32,000 nucleotides of DNA, taken from positions 90,001 through 122,000 of the forward strand of contig NW_008806287.1 in the NCBI RefSeq assembly GCF_000400465.1, in the 5' to 3' direction. Each line of letters begins with the position of its first letter. Position 1 is the first letter of the stretch. The notes beneath the pieces are model-generated. The model had not been told where the DNA came from. It saw only the letters and a list, made by a program, of their open reading frames with translations, and made no database searches. Position numbers and translations under genes: made by a program. The DNA comes from Wallemia ichthyophaga EXF-994 (taxonomy: Eukaryota > Fungi > Basidiomycota). Positions 19,301 through 31,219 of the stretch are shown one piece after another.

Positions 19301-22300
19301 AGTTTAGCTGCCGGTCCTCTGTTAAATTCAATTTGTGAAATTTTGACATCACTTGCATCTGATTCTCATCCAGAAGTCCATTACTACTCTTTGGAAGCTT
19401 TTTCAAACATCATAGAAGCTGCAGGATCAGCTTTCAGTCCTTATGTCGCACGAACTCTTGGCCTACTAGCCAGTATACATAACTGGGAGTCACATGAGCC
19501 TGAGGGCGGCCAAACTGTCTCAAGTACAAACCTTCGATCAGAATACTCACTATACAAAGTACTTTGCAATATTCTGAATGATCTTATTGGTATTTTAGGT
19601 CCGGAAATTAATGAAATGAACGATGTTAGAGATTTGCTTTTCCTCTTAGTCAAACAAATGATGAAGGAAAAAGATGAATTGGTTAGAGGCAATGCCTTAC
19701 GGTCCCTTCAGAACTTTGTTATGTTTGCTCCAGATCATACTGATATTCCCACCCTGATAAGGACTTTCCAAACTGCATTAAAGTCTTCAAACAAGGTCAT
19801 TCAGAGCTCCTCAATGAACGGTCTGTATCAGCTGACTCAGAAGTATGTTAAAGAGCTATCTTTAGTTGGTGGTGATAGACTAGTTGAAGATTTGTTTGCT
19901 TTATTGGATAAAGAGCCCGGTCATGATGGTCTTAAGCTACTTTTACTCAGCTGGTTGAAGCAAACATCTGAGGTAAATTCTGAAGGGTGGCTAAGTATTT
20001 GCCAGAAAGTTTTCACTAAAGCCTCACAAGGCAGCAATGACAAAGAGTTTAAGAAGGATAAAGAAGAAGATGAAGAAGTCCAAGCCTTAGGCGCTGCAAA
20101 TGATGAGGATCAATCAAGACTGTCTAATTGGCAAACTCAGCTATTCGCATTAGATTGCGTACATAATCTTATTCTCTCCGACTTCTCAAGAGATATTAGA
20201 AATGTCGTTGCTAGAACTTTACAAAGTCGCGTGGCGGATCTGATTAAGCTCGCATTTGTTGCTTCTACTTCTAGGGTCGAGCTTATCCGTATAAAGGGTT
20301 TGGTTATTTTGCGCGACGTAATTGAAACTTTTGCAAGCTTCAAGGATAGTCACGATGACCAAGCTAGCTTGCTGGAACAACATCAGGCTCCAATTACTGC
20401 AGCACTTACTCCCGCATTTAGCGCGGATTCGACTCCTGATATTCTTGCAACAGCCATTCAAGTTTGTGCTACGTTTGTTAAAAGTGGTATCGTCAAAGAG
20501 GTATCAAAAATGGGTAGAATATTGAAGCTTTTGACAAGCGCATTACATAGATTTAAGAGTGAGTGTGTCAGTGTGACGACTTCAATTTTTAACAGAATCC
20601 ATAGACTCATCTGATCAATCTACGCCTATCGGAGAAGTCGGAAAGCTATGTTTGGCTGCAAACGAAATGCTTAAGATTTCAACTCTCGCTGCATGGGCTG
20701 AATTAGGCATAGCTTCCTCTTCAAAATCATATTTAGAGAGTGTTCTCGAGCCGCTTTGGATCTATTTGTTACCCATGTGGGCTCAAACCATTCAACAGTA
20801 TGCAGAAATGAGTGAAGGCGTATTTAACGATGACATATTAGCTCAACAAATTCTACTGCCCTACTACGAGCACGACTGGATCAAAATTCTGAATGCTTTA
20901 GTCATGTCTCTCGACACAAAGACTGATTTAATAGAAAAGTATGTCAGTTTGGATGGTAGAAGAGATGCAACAGTTCAATTTCAAATCATTTATGGCCTAG
21001 CCTTTTCAAATTTGGTAATGAACTCAGACGATATCCACAAATCTTCAATCGCTCTTAACACTATATCAATGCTCGTCAAACATCCAAAGTCTGAGAATTG
21101 GATACTGACTGAGGGTATATTTGATGAAGCACTGGAATTAATCTGGCGATTAGCAACTGCATCACCTTCTCAGATACGAGGTAAAGCACTTGACTTGCTG
21201 GGAGGTATTTGTAACCATTACGGAACTAAACTCGTCGACAACATAGAAATACCCTCCAGTCCCGATTCTCAATTTGGCAAGAGCTTACCCAGAAATTCGA
21301 AGATAACAAGATGCTTGCAGTTAATTTACTCTGTGTTAAATGGATGTCTCGATGACGACTCAAAATTGATCAATTGCAGTATGGAGTACAAGGCTTACAT
21401 TGCTAGATCATCGTTTTTAGCTTACTTAGATGTTAGCAAGACATTGGCTGCTACTACAAGGGTTGAACTGTATGCTGTTTTACTTCACAAGTATGCTGGT
21501 GAGTTGGGTATTAGATTTTTAGGCTAAGCGCTAACTAGGGATGTTTTAGAACTTTTGAGACGTGAAGATGGAACTATTCACATAGCCGCAGTCTTGTCAC
21601 CATTGACCAAAAACGTACTAGAACTATCAGAAGAATTCAAAGGCGATAATCTTCTCGTTATGAAGAAGACCTTGCACGGTTTCTTGTCGTTTACGTTGCA
21701 GACGGTTGATGAGATCAAAACCCGAGAAGGCTCAGCAATATTGGCTAAGAGGAGGTACAATATATTAGCGGCGATGTCTGTTATTACGGCTACACCTGAT
21801 TGCATTGGAGTATCAAAGGAGGTCGCCGAGCATTTCAGTGAAATTCTCATCGAATACTTGTTTATGGCTGATAGTACGGAAGAGGGACTTACCAATGCTT
21901 TGTTGGGTAACTTCAACAAATTGTTTGACGCAAAGACCACAAAAACCAACCATTACATAGTAGTTCATCTTGTCAAGAATCTAGTCAAGAAAAGCGAGGA
22001 TATGAATGAAACAACAAATCAAGTACTTGCATTTTATAGTGTGGTGGTTAGAAGTCAGATATTAGACAGTCAAAGAGCTCAATTATACGGTTACCTAATT
22101 CCCAGTTGTCTTGGTAGTTTGAAGAGTGAAGTATGCAAAGAAGCAGCTGCAAATTGCTTGTTAGATATGGCTAGTGCTAATGCGCTGTCTTTCAAAACAG
22201 CCACATCGTGGATAGATGCAGAAAGTAGAGCCTTGTTAGAAGGTGCAATGCGTGAAGCTGTATTGAAGCAAAGCGGGTCACAGGCTGGCAAGAAGACGAA

Positions 22301-22346
22301 TGGTGTATCACAGCCATCGATATCGTTAAAAGCGTTTTCACAATGA
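16321..22346 (+). CDS. LAA1: Large AP-1 accessory HEAT-repeat protein (Laa1/Sip1/HEATR5), 1926 aa
   Basis: Introns 16636-16688, 16752-16803, 18697-18748, 20559-20595, 21499-21549; spliced length 5781 nt. Motifs IQNAWILIDSLMSVGP, LMLLWRN, DRNPGRKLAVIVN, LRRLGAESLGRL, LLEQHQAPITAALTPAF, ILATAIQVCATFV. Confidence 0.92.
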
Positions 22347-22415
22347 TCTAATAAAATGTAAAAGATGTATTTGGTCTTTAAGCACATTCTAGTCGGTTTA
22401 ACCGAGACGTCGAAC

Positions 22416-23029
22416 ATGAGTGAGAAGATTGACGAAAATATTCCAGTAAGGCTGTTGTGTTTAGTGTTTTTAAACTAAAACACTCTAGTCAACTGCTGTT
22501 CTCGTCAAATTAGGCGAAAATCTCAGCCAGGCAACTGAATCAGATAGAAAGGCGCAAATCAAGAAAGTAAGGCAGTTAGCCACTTTCTCAAATGACTCAA
22601 AGTATCACAGACAAATGCTTTATTCGAGTTACACTTGAAGAAAGGTTCGAATGAGTCTGTCTGGTGAGCTAAGATTAATCTACATCCCCACATCGGTCTC
22701 ACACGTGGACCAAGGACCATCGATCTTAAAGACGTAAATAGATTATTTACAGTTATTTATTATCTTAACGTAAATTTTGGTAGAAAGGTCAAATCTACAA
22801 AGGTCAAGCGAAATCTAAAGCCGACGCAATTCTCACTATTGACGAGGGTGAGTGCATGATAAGCAAATGATTATTACACCGACGCCGTACAGAAACATTC
22901 AAGGGCCTCTCAGAAGGTAAATTGAATGGCCAAAAGGCTTTCATGACCGGTAAACTTAAAGTCAAGGGAAATATGATGCTGGCTACCAAGCTTGACGGTA
23001 TCCTTAAGCAAAATTCCTCAAAGCTTTAG
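22416..23029 (+). CDS. SCP2 sterol-carrier / nonspecific lipid-transfer protein, peroxisomal, 126 aa
   Basis: 6 exons: 22416-22445, 22489-22566, 22611-22663, 22715-22733, 22784-22847, 22893-23029. WTIDLK, GKLNGQKAFMTGKLKVKGNMMLATKL (SCP2 signature), C-terminal SKL (PTS1). Confidence 0.93.
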
Positions 23030-23111
23030 GTATGATCAAGTTAATAACGATAATAATGATAGCTCATGAAACGTTGTATTCTTACATTGATTTTTATAAT
23101 CACAAATGATG

Positions 23112-24255
23112 TCAACTCTGATAAGACCCTGAAAGTAATCCTTTAACGTTCTTGAGAACATCCTGCCGCTAATATAAAGTCAGACATTGTAACGGTGGTC
23201 GTATCAAACTCACGGAAACTGTGTTAAGAATAAATGATTCCTCTAGATGTTTCTTTCGACCTCGTCGGGTGATTAAAGCGAATAACGCTTCAACTCCATT
23301 GCTGTTACTTCCTTGAGTTAATGGCATCAGTTGAGGAGCATAAAATCTATGCTCGCGAACGACATCCATAGCTTTGTCCGATCTCAATGAAACTTTAGCA
23401 CAATCAAGTTGCGAGACGAGTAGAAGATCGTGGTTAGATGACGTCGATTTGAATTCCCATCCATAAAGGGCTAAAATAGAGGATTCCTTTGATGGTTTGG
23501 GATCGGGGAAAGCATTGATTAGTGAGTCAATTTGCATGTCAGAAAGTGGATGGACTAGCTGAATGCTGAATTTGACGTTGGAGTCTATCAACCGTGCTCT
23601 TTCAGCAATTGAATTCGCGGCGAGGGTTGGTGGGAGTGAGAGTTCTTGTAGCCTGTACATGGAGCTGGGGCACTGCTGATACTTCCACGGACAATGTACA
23701 GAGTGAGACGAGTCAATGGCTTGAACGAAGGTATCAGTTAGCTTTTGATAAGCTAATTGAGGGAATAAGTAAGCGATTTTGTAAAATAAAGCTACTCACT
23801 TGATGTTTGAGCAGCTGAGAGATCGACAACGACGCCATTCTTACATTTATCGCAGTAAAGACGATTTCTGTGTGCCTGATCGTGGTGCCAACCTTTCAAA
23901 GCAACAGCAGGTGGGGATAACTCAATAGGTTTTGAAGTGTAAGTTCTAAGTGAGAAAGACTGAAGCCTTTGAATAAACTTTTCAAAGCTAAACAAGTCAG
24001 ATTTCTTATTCGTTTGACTTGAAGTATTAGTTGAACTCCTTAATTGAAAGTTATGCGTTGAATTAAACCACTGTAGCTTCTTCTCAAGCTCAGCTGGCAT
24101 TTTTGGTTTTCTTGATTGTCTGTAACCCTCTGACTTAGTCAATTGCTCAGATTGACATGATTTGTCTAGAATGTTCAAAGCATCTTGATATTTACGCCTG
24201 AATTCCTTTAATTTTCACTTATTTTTTCATTTGATAAACCCACTCACTTATTCAT
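23112..24255 (-). CDS. C3HC zinc-finger protein of the ZC3HC1(NIPA)/Rsm1/Pml39 family, 333 aa
   Basis: Exons on minus strand: 24255-24248, 24197-23800, 23752-23214, 23168-23112. MNKRKYQDALNILD; FIQRLQSF...KPIELSPPAVALKGW...LYCDKC...HSVHCPW (zf-C3HC); second repeat ILALYGWE...DVVREHRFY. Confidence 0.85.
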
Positions 24256-24280
24256 CGCGTCGGCGTCGGCGTCGGCGTCG
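24256..24280. repeat. GCGTC x4 at 6-nt period, i.e. (CGTCGG)3, in the 59-bp divergent spacer
   Basis: Sequence CGCGTCGGCGTCGGCGTCGGCGTCG: a GC- and CpG-rich island in AT-rich surroundings. Confidence 0.9.
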
Positions 24281-24314
24281 TGAGCGTGGGTGATCAACCT
24301 TGATTGTAACTTCC

Positions 24315-26499
24315 ATGTCGGCTGATTGGTTTAATACTCCAACAAAGAGTTACACAAAGTCTCATCAATCACCTTCTCCTGTCCAAGCAGTACCCGCAGA
24401 TCCATTTCCACTTGCTCAACCTGCTCAACCTGCTCAACCACCTCCACGCCAAGGTCGCACTGAAGCTGAACAAGCAATCTTACGTGAGGAGCGCAAGAAG
24501 AATAAGAAATCGCGTAAAGCTGAGCATCAAGTTTTTAAGAAATTGGTCCAGGATGGAGTATCTACAGCCAATACACAATCTACTTCAAATTCAAGAGCAT
24601 CTACTGCAGCTCAAGGTAGATCAAGGCAAAAAGAATCTCAAATACGTGAAAATGAAAAGCTGAAGAATTTGGAGGCCGGTCTCAGCCTTTCCTCATCCTC
24701 TGAGTCAATTGAATACACGCCATTTACTCAGATTCTCAATGAAAAAGTCCATGGCATCCACAGGAACATTATTGGAGTTATTGCAGGCGTTAAAAAAAGA
24801 GGCAGATCTAAAAGTGGTGGTAAGTTGGCTCAAATCAATGATACCATCTCTGACATAATTAGATTCTTATCTCAACATGATCGTTTGTGATCCTTCAACC
24901 CCAGACTCTTCCAAGGCTCTTAATCTTAATCTTTTTGCAGTATCTGAGGATGAATTACCTAAAGCTCAACCAAGTTGTGTTATCCTGGTCAGGCACTCTT
25001 TCGTATGTTTGTCAGATATAACATTTATCAGTCACTCACATATTTATTTACAGCTACAACGCTTCTCTTTTAAAATTCAAGCCGCTGGACGAAAAGGCGA
25101 TTATAATTGGGCATTGTTTAACCCTGAAACACGGGGCATTACTACATCTGCACATCTTCTACCTCAACTCGGTAAAGAGGAAGCTACTTATATAGACAGA
25201 ATCAGTAAATGGTGGAAGATTATCAATCCAGATGTAATTGTTCCTGCCACTGGCAATTTACGCCAAACGATATCTATTAATCAAGTACAAGAGAAAGTGT
25301 TTTGCAATTTTATCGCAGAAGTAGGTATTCTCATTTATAGCTCTTATCTAATAATCATAGGTTCTTTTTGTTGATGATGTTCCCCCTCCTGGTGCTTTGG
25401 AGTTATGTGTTACAGATTATACGCAAAATCCTAAGCTAAAGGAAGCATGGCACGGTCTGCATGGTAATAGAGTGATGAAGCTGTCACTTTATGATGAACA
25501 GAGAAATGCTGGAAAGATTGTGTCATCAGGAAACTTTATCTTATGCAACAATGTTCGCCCAAAAATGAACCCGGGTATCTTAGAGGGCAATATGGGAAGC
25601 GATTTCGGTAAAGTCAACATTCATAGGCTTCACGAAAGTGATGAAAGACTACTTCCATTATTACAGTATGTATAATTACTGTTTTATCTTTGTCTTAACA
25701 AGGTTCCAGTCGTAAACAGGAATTCGATCACCAATATGGACTACCTGAGTACATGGCTACTCAAAGCACACACCTTCCTTCTTCCAGCATACCTGAAAGC
25801 ACTCCAGCAATGATGAGCTCGTCATTAGAAACTCCATCTAGGAAAGGGGAACAAAAAGAGCAAGAAGCTGAATCAATGGCATCGCCTATCTCAAGGCAAG
25901 TAAAAAAGCTCCCAAAGTCTCGAGTAAAAACCAAATTGAATGTGAATCACGATACGGCGGCTGTTTCAATCGACTCGATAAATTCCATATCAAAATCTGC
26001 GCACAAATACCACATTAAAGCACGCATAGTTGACTTTTCTCCTCAAATTGCAGACTGGGCAAAAGCTAAGTGTACAAATTGTGATGTTGTGTTAGTTAGT
26101 CATTTTCTCTTGAACAAACTGACACGTCTCAGATTAGATACCAATGACCTCGTCTGCGGTAAGTGCGATCAAGATGCTTATGTAACATACAAATACCTCT
26201 TTGCACTACTGCTGGAAGATGAACGCGGTGATACTTTACCGGCCTTTTGTTGTGATGAAGATGCTGTCGCGTTATTTGATGGCTTGAGCGCCGAAGAAGC
26301 AAGGACGGAGAAAGGGCTTCTAAAGATGAAGAAGAAACTGGGCAAAGTTTTGGGACACCTGATTGATGCTAAAGATCCTGAAGATGCCGAACAAGTGACA
26401 TCACCAGATGAATACAATGATTTCTTAATATTTAGCTACAAGCCGGTCTTGTTAAAGGATAAGATTGCTTATCGTGTATTTTGTACGACGTTATTATAG
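24315..26499 (+). CDS. POT1: Protection of telomeres protein 1 (OB-fold ssDNA-binding), 654 aa
   Basis: Exons 24315-24819, 24863-25002, 25054-25320, 25361-25665, 25710-26090, 26133-26499. OB1 (RNIIGVI..KSGDSYLNMIVCDPS..LNLNLF..ELP), OB2 (FCNFIAEV..ELCVTDYTQN..FILCNNVRPK) and a C-terminal OB with CxxC-CxxC and YLFALLLED. Confidence 0.85.
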
Positions 26500-26654
26500 A
26501 TTTTCATAAACTGTCACGCACATCATGACAGTTGACTTCAACATCCGAGTACATCAAGTACGATCATCAATCACAAACGTACTCACGTTTGAGGGTCGTT
26601 GATTGACAGATTGAAGTTAAGTCGTTGTGGTCAAGTCTACACGCGGTGTACACA

Positions 26655-29613
26655 ATGGAAGCTCAAAGTAAACCAATATCTGGACGAGCGATTGCTATAG
26701 CACATACGTCTTTCAGCAGTGCTGCTTTCATCTCTGCTTTAATTGTAGGCTGCTATTTCCACTATCAGAAACTGTGTCGCAACTCGGTTGCACGCTATCC
26801 TGTTGAATGGTTTCCTAGGTGAGTAAACCCAAATGATTTAAACAATTTTGACAGCTAATTCACAGCGTCTCTACAACTATCGGAGATTTTCATCCTGAGC
26901 GATCTGTGTTCCAGCTACTGATCGCGACGTGTGCATGTCCACGTTTCATCACTATCTTTCTAAATTGGAAGGAGTGCGAGAAGAGCTCGAAAGCTATTGC
27001 TGATACTCATGCCATTCTCGGCTTAATTAGGACCTTCAGTTGCGGCGGTTGGTCGTTTATAACTTCTACAGACAATAGCACAGCTCATGATATCTTTATG
27101 CTTATTTATATCTTGAGCAACATCATTTATATGCCGCTTGGTTTCTCTCTCACTCGCAAAAAGTCACTCAGAATCGTCAGAGGATTGACGTCTTTCTACT
27201 TTATCGCAAGCCTGTTTCCAATGTTCTACACTTACTTTCAGCATAAAACTAACAAGATACCCGGAGCTTATACCACATACGCATTTTATGAATGGGGTCT
27301 TATTGCCGCCGATGTCATCTTTGATTCAGTATTCATCTCCGACCTCGCAAACGTTTATATTCACATGTGCAATTCAAGTGAACCAAGTAGCTTAAATTTA
27401 CAGGATGATTCAACCCAGTCAGTTGATAACAGTCAAGTCAAAGCAGTCACCACTCAATTATTCAGACAGTATCACTGGTTCATGGCTTTAAATCCAAGAG
27501 TGAAAAACACAATGAAAATATTAAATTATATAGCCAACACCGTGCTATCATTGATCTGGTGGACCAATTTCACTGCTCTTCCACTTTGCATATTCTATTA
27601 CAGCGTCTGGTCTTTATCATTTGCTGGTCAAGAAGGATTGATGTTAGTAACTCTCTCATCATCGCTTGTCACGCTTAAGGGTGTGCGCGTCTTTGCTTCA
27701 TCATCAAATGGAAAGACTGTGCTTACTATGTTCTCTCTTCTTGGAGTATTTGCGTCGAAGCTTGAATTCCCTGTTCTCAAATTAGCGGCGGGTGAGTATT
27801 AGAATATTCAGATTCACTATTCTAATACATTACAGTCACCATGGCTGTTATTGCTCAGACCATCCAAATTTCATCTGAATGGTACACGAGCAATGACGAA
27901 AACTGTATCACTTATCTTGTCCTTGGGTTACTCTTGCACTCAGTCTCGAAGCTGATTGCAAACTCAAATAATCCATTCTGGCCAATAATGAATAATTCGA
28001 ACGGTGGACACATTTATCTTGGACTGATATTGGGATTTACCGCTTTGATTGTTCGAAGATATATCGTGACATCTGTCGTTGAACTTAACAATACAAAATA
28101 CAAAAATGATCACAACTGTTATCTAGTCGGTGCTGGTCTCGGTAGTTACATTTGGGCGCTTCATACTTATCTATCAGATCCATCTACACTGCTCAGCTGG
28201 AGCTGGACAGGTTTTCCAATCCAAGGACCACATCCTATTTACCACTCGACTGTTATAGTTGTTGGGTTTGTCATTGGCATGCTCAGTCCCAAGCTTTTGG
28301 CAACTTCGAGAGTTTGGCATTTCTTTGGAACATGGTGCCTAGGGTTGTGCTATTATTATGATGGCTGGGTCAGCGCTGGTGGAGCCTTCGGATGTGCCAT
28401 ATTTTATCCGTCACTTGCGACTACAGTATTTAGTAGCATTAGGGCCTATACGCCAGGAAGAACATTAGGAGCTGTATTCGGAACCTACACGGTACTTGTT
28501 GTCGCTCACACGTTTACTGTGGCATACGAGTTCGTGCCCTTGGGATTTTTGCTTCGTGAGCGCAGTCATCTCGTAATGATGACAGCAAATATTATTATAT
28601 GGTGCTCCCTTCCTAAATCTAATGCGCGAACAAATAATTTTGAGCGTAATGGTTTATTTAACATTTATGTCAAGGTTTTACTGCTCGGTACAATCATCGC
28701 TTCTCACTTAATACTTAAACATCGATCAGAAAACATGACAACGATTAAACCATACCACGCGGATCAGCAATTGATTACTAGTGGAATTTGGACAGTGCAT
28801 TTTGGGATGGATGATGCAATGCAGGATAGTCAAGTACGGATGCGAGATCTTATCCGCGAAGCTGAAGTTGATGTCGTTGGTTTGCTAGAAACTGAATTGC
28901 AAAGTATTGTCTTTGGTAATAGAAACATGGCCCAATATATTGCAGAGGACTTAGGCTATTATGTAGATTATGGTCCACCTAGTCACAAGCACACTTGGGG
29001 AGCAGTACTTTTATCCAAGTTTCCAATTTTAGCGAGTGAACACCACCTTTTGCCATCTCCACAGGGAGAGCTAGCACCGGCCATTTTTGCTGAACTAAAT
29101 GTCTATGGAAAGACTGTTCATACTATGGTGTCTCATAACGGCCAAGAGGAATCACCTCTAGATCGAGAACTCCAAACTACAGAAATAGCACGCATCATAA
29201 GCAAAACTTACCCAGACCCTGTATTGTTCTTGGGATATTTGGTAACTAAACCCCACGAAGAACGCCCTGCGCCTTACAGAATATTATTTGAAGACGGTCA
29301 ACTACTAGATGTTGAACCTCTAGATAGGCGGAGGTGGTGCGAGTATATCGGTTATAGATCAATGAGGAAGGTAGCTTATGCGAGGATAAGTCATAGCTCA
29401 GTCACTGATACGGAATTACAAGTCGCGAAATTCAAGTTGTACGAACCAGACGAGGTTTACCATCCGCAATACGACTGGTACAATTTTCTTGATGAGAATG
29501 ATGTAGCAGTTGAACACCGATTTTCAAAAGCGTTTGAGGGAAAAGGTATGAAAGGCCATAAACATGCACTCAGCATACCTATATATTACCAAGAAGCGGC
29601 AAGTTTCGAATAG
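26655..29613 (+). CDS. CWH43: Cwh43 / PGAP2-interacting GPI lipid-remodelling protein, 955 aa
   Basis: Exons 26655-26818, 26866-27791, 27836-29613. EWFPSVSTTIGD.HPERSVFQ (Frag1/DRAM/Sfk1 domain), many TM helices, C-terminal EEP domain GIWTVHFG, GLLET, HTWGAVLLSKFPI, HNGQEE, DRELQ, RWCEYI. Confidence 0.96.
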
Positions 29614-29779
29614 ATATTTCCCACTCCCTTGTATGTCTAACATAAGTAAACATGTTTCTGATTTTGAATTCCTACTTTTGAATTGCTTCAATGATCAATT
29701 TCTGGGTTTGACTCAGTAATGGCGAATTGCTAATCAGAATAATTACTAACATTTTCACCATTGACCAGGTTTAAAAAGA

Positions 29780-31167
29780 TTAGGAATACTTATCGAAGTT
29801 ATTCAAGCAATACATTACCGACTCATCTAAATTGACATCCTTGATTACATCTGTGTACTTGATTAGACATAAGTGCAACAGCTCTTCAATCATAGATGGA
29901 TTGAGTTCTTCGAGGTTCGAAATTTGCAAGACAGATAAGGTTTGATTGGATTGACAGTAAGATCGCAATCTCATGTTAAATTGTTCTAGAGAGTTGTGCG
30001 GTGTATGTAGAACTATAATTCCATTATTTAATTTTAATTGAGAGATATCGGTTGATTGCAAAATGCGAGGAAGAGTATCCAGAAGAATTTGAGGACTAAT
30101 TAGAGCCAAACCTCTACTTCTATTCCAGGCGCACCAAAGGGTATCTAATGTGATGATAGATTTGTAATTTTGAGCGAATAAATTTGTTAAAATAATTCGC
30201 AACTCGTTGTAGTATAAAGATGAATAGTCGTCGTCTTGATTGGATTGGTCGAGTGAAATAGAGTTGAAAGATGAAGTGAGGAATTGATTGATATTATTTG
30301 AATTGTTTGGTAAATGCTTAGATAATTTTTGCGAAATTCTGAGTAATTCGTCTGCTTTAAAAAATAAAGTGTCTAGATCTTTAAATGATTGATTCAAATC
30401 TGATTGATTTGTATTTGATTTACTATCGACTGACTTTAGTATACCGCTAATGCCAGCCATGTTATTATTATCAGTAGTGATGTCATCGAAATCATCATTC
30501 AACCAGCATTTAAAGTTCAATGAGACAGACAACTTGTTATAAAAGTTTGAGCCATCGCCCGATCTGAAGCTGAGTTTGATGAAGTTGATATCATCACTCT
30601 GTTGTTGGCTCAACCTGGTTGATTTCAAAGGCTCTTCACATATTTCGCATATTTCCATTGAAGGGTGGTTATCGAAAGTGCAAGATCTACACCTTGTTGA
30701 TGAAATTTCATTTGTTGAAGATTCTATTAAATCTTTTTTAGTGATTTTAACGCCACATAATTCACAAGTTTGACTAGATGACGGATTCCTATATGAGCAA
30801 ATTGAGCAAACCAAGACTGAATCACTGGCTTTGCTATTATCGTTATTGAAATTTATTGTAACTTTAGGTGAAGATTTCAAGAATCCGCTGAAATATTCAG
30901 TTTTACGAATTGACTTTAATTCCAAGTAAAACGACTTGGATATCGAATCGACTGTGTCTAAATAAAAAATTCTAAAGTTTGTTAAATATATTCTGCCGAG
31001 CTGTCTATCTTTGTCTTTCTCTTTGCTATGCGCTGTCAAAGCAGTACACGATAACGATAATCCACTCACTTCTTATAAACACCAACATTTTCATTCTTAA
31101 AAATAATTTTCTCGTTTTTCATCAAGTAAGCGTTTATAACTTTGGAGTTTATTGGGACTGCTTGCAT
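29780..31167 (-). CDS. VPS36: ESCRT-II subunit Vps36 (split GLUE domain, two NZF fingers, EAP30 domain), 447 aa
   Basis: Exons on minus strand 31167-31070 and 31025-29780 (44-nt intron). VGVY..GRIYLTNFRI, CSICSYRN...CELCG, CRSCTFDN...CEICE, IKLSFRSG, MAGISGIL, DLDTLF..A, WCAWNRSRG.ALISP. Confidence 0.93.
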
Positions 31168-31219
31168 TTCAGATTAGATGAATGTTATGCAGAAAGAACT
31201 TCAACAAATACAATAATAT

